DNA of 64,000 bases from Methanomassiliicoccaceae archaeon. GTDB lineage: Archaea > Thermoplasmatota > Thermoplasmata > Methanomassiliicoccales > UBA472. Shown one piece after another: positions 63,820-64,000 of the stretch. The DNA lies in assembly GCA_963789555.1 (NCBI GenBank), contig CAWBKY010000006.1, forward strand, positions 8,520 to 72,519, read 5' to 3'. The notes beneath the pieces are model-generated. The model was not told where the DNA came from. It saw only the letters and a program-made list of their open reading frames with translations, and ran no database searches. Made by a program: the position numbers and the translations under genes. Position 1 is the first letter of the stretch, and every line of letters begins with the position of its first letter.

Positions 63820-64000
63820 CAGGCCGCCACCTCCTTGCCGCTGGTATCGACCTCATCTTTTCTTCCGATCTGCATCTTCAATGACTCGGGGGAGACCTTG
63901 CTCAGGAAGGCCACGATCCCGGTGGTTATGATCCCCTCACCGATTCCGATGACCGCGTGCCAGGCCATCATGGACGGTATCGCGATGATGCCCTCGATGC
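63819..64000 (-). CDS. cbiM: ECF substrate-capture component CbiM/NikM, C-terminal part (gene continues beyond the window)
   Basis: The minus frame reads ...IEGIIAIPSMMAWHAVIGIGEGIITTGIVAFLSKVSPESL...*. The HAVIGIGEGIIT segment is CbiM-like. Confidence 0.65.
   Translation of the reverse strand, partial: IEGIIAIPSMMAWHAVIGIGEGIITTGIVAFLSKVSPESLKMQIGRKDEVDTSGKEVAA

Overview
GC-rich (about 60% by eye), densely coding archaeal chromosome segment. Archaeal markers: glycerol-1-phosphate dehydrogenase, membrane LonB, Hel308, Cgi121, UPF0179, single-domain KaiC-like ATPases. Methanogen markers: CfbE/CfbB-type F430 genes, HdrA/MvhD modules, a stand-alone corrinoid protein, DUF1638. A Methanomassiliicoccales-like H2-dependent methylotroph is plausible, but that is inference only. 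I recognise about 58 protein genes and no rRNA, tRNA, CRISPR array, transposase or integrase. Content falls into six groups. (1) Housekeeping: thrB-thrC, hel308, lonB, NAD salvage, purC, egsA, sufBC, hemL-hemD. (2) A PAS/GAF histidine kinase, a CheY-like regulator, an iron-sulfur flavoprotein and two PrsW-like proteases. (3) Transporters: MFS, DUF485-ActP, ABC-2, and an ECF Co/Ni system cbiM-PDGLE-cbiQ-cbiO. (4) An Fe-S/redox set: NifX-like, Mrp/ApbC, HdrA-like pieces. (5) An unusual locus at 42-48 kb where a corrinoid protein and a bat-type HTH regulator sit between two paralogous ~660-aa hydantoinase-A-like ATPases, with DUF1638 nearby and no recognisable methyltransferase. (6) A ~4.4-kb gene for a ~1450-aa helical-repeat protein next to cgi121. 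The main caveat is that most long genes are broken by +/-1 frameshifts; I count roughly 70-80 by hand. These create false ORF fusions (thrB-thrC, cbiQ-cbiO) and false truncations. Two multi-kb blocks (about 19.7-26.3 kb and 34.9-39.4 kb) are clean. I therefore give reconstructed gene spans rather than raw ORF spans. Starts, ends and frameshift positions are approximate, and all family calls come from motif recognition, not database searches.
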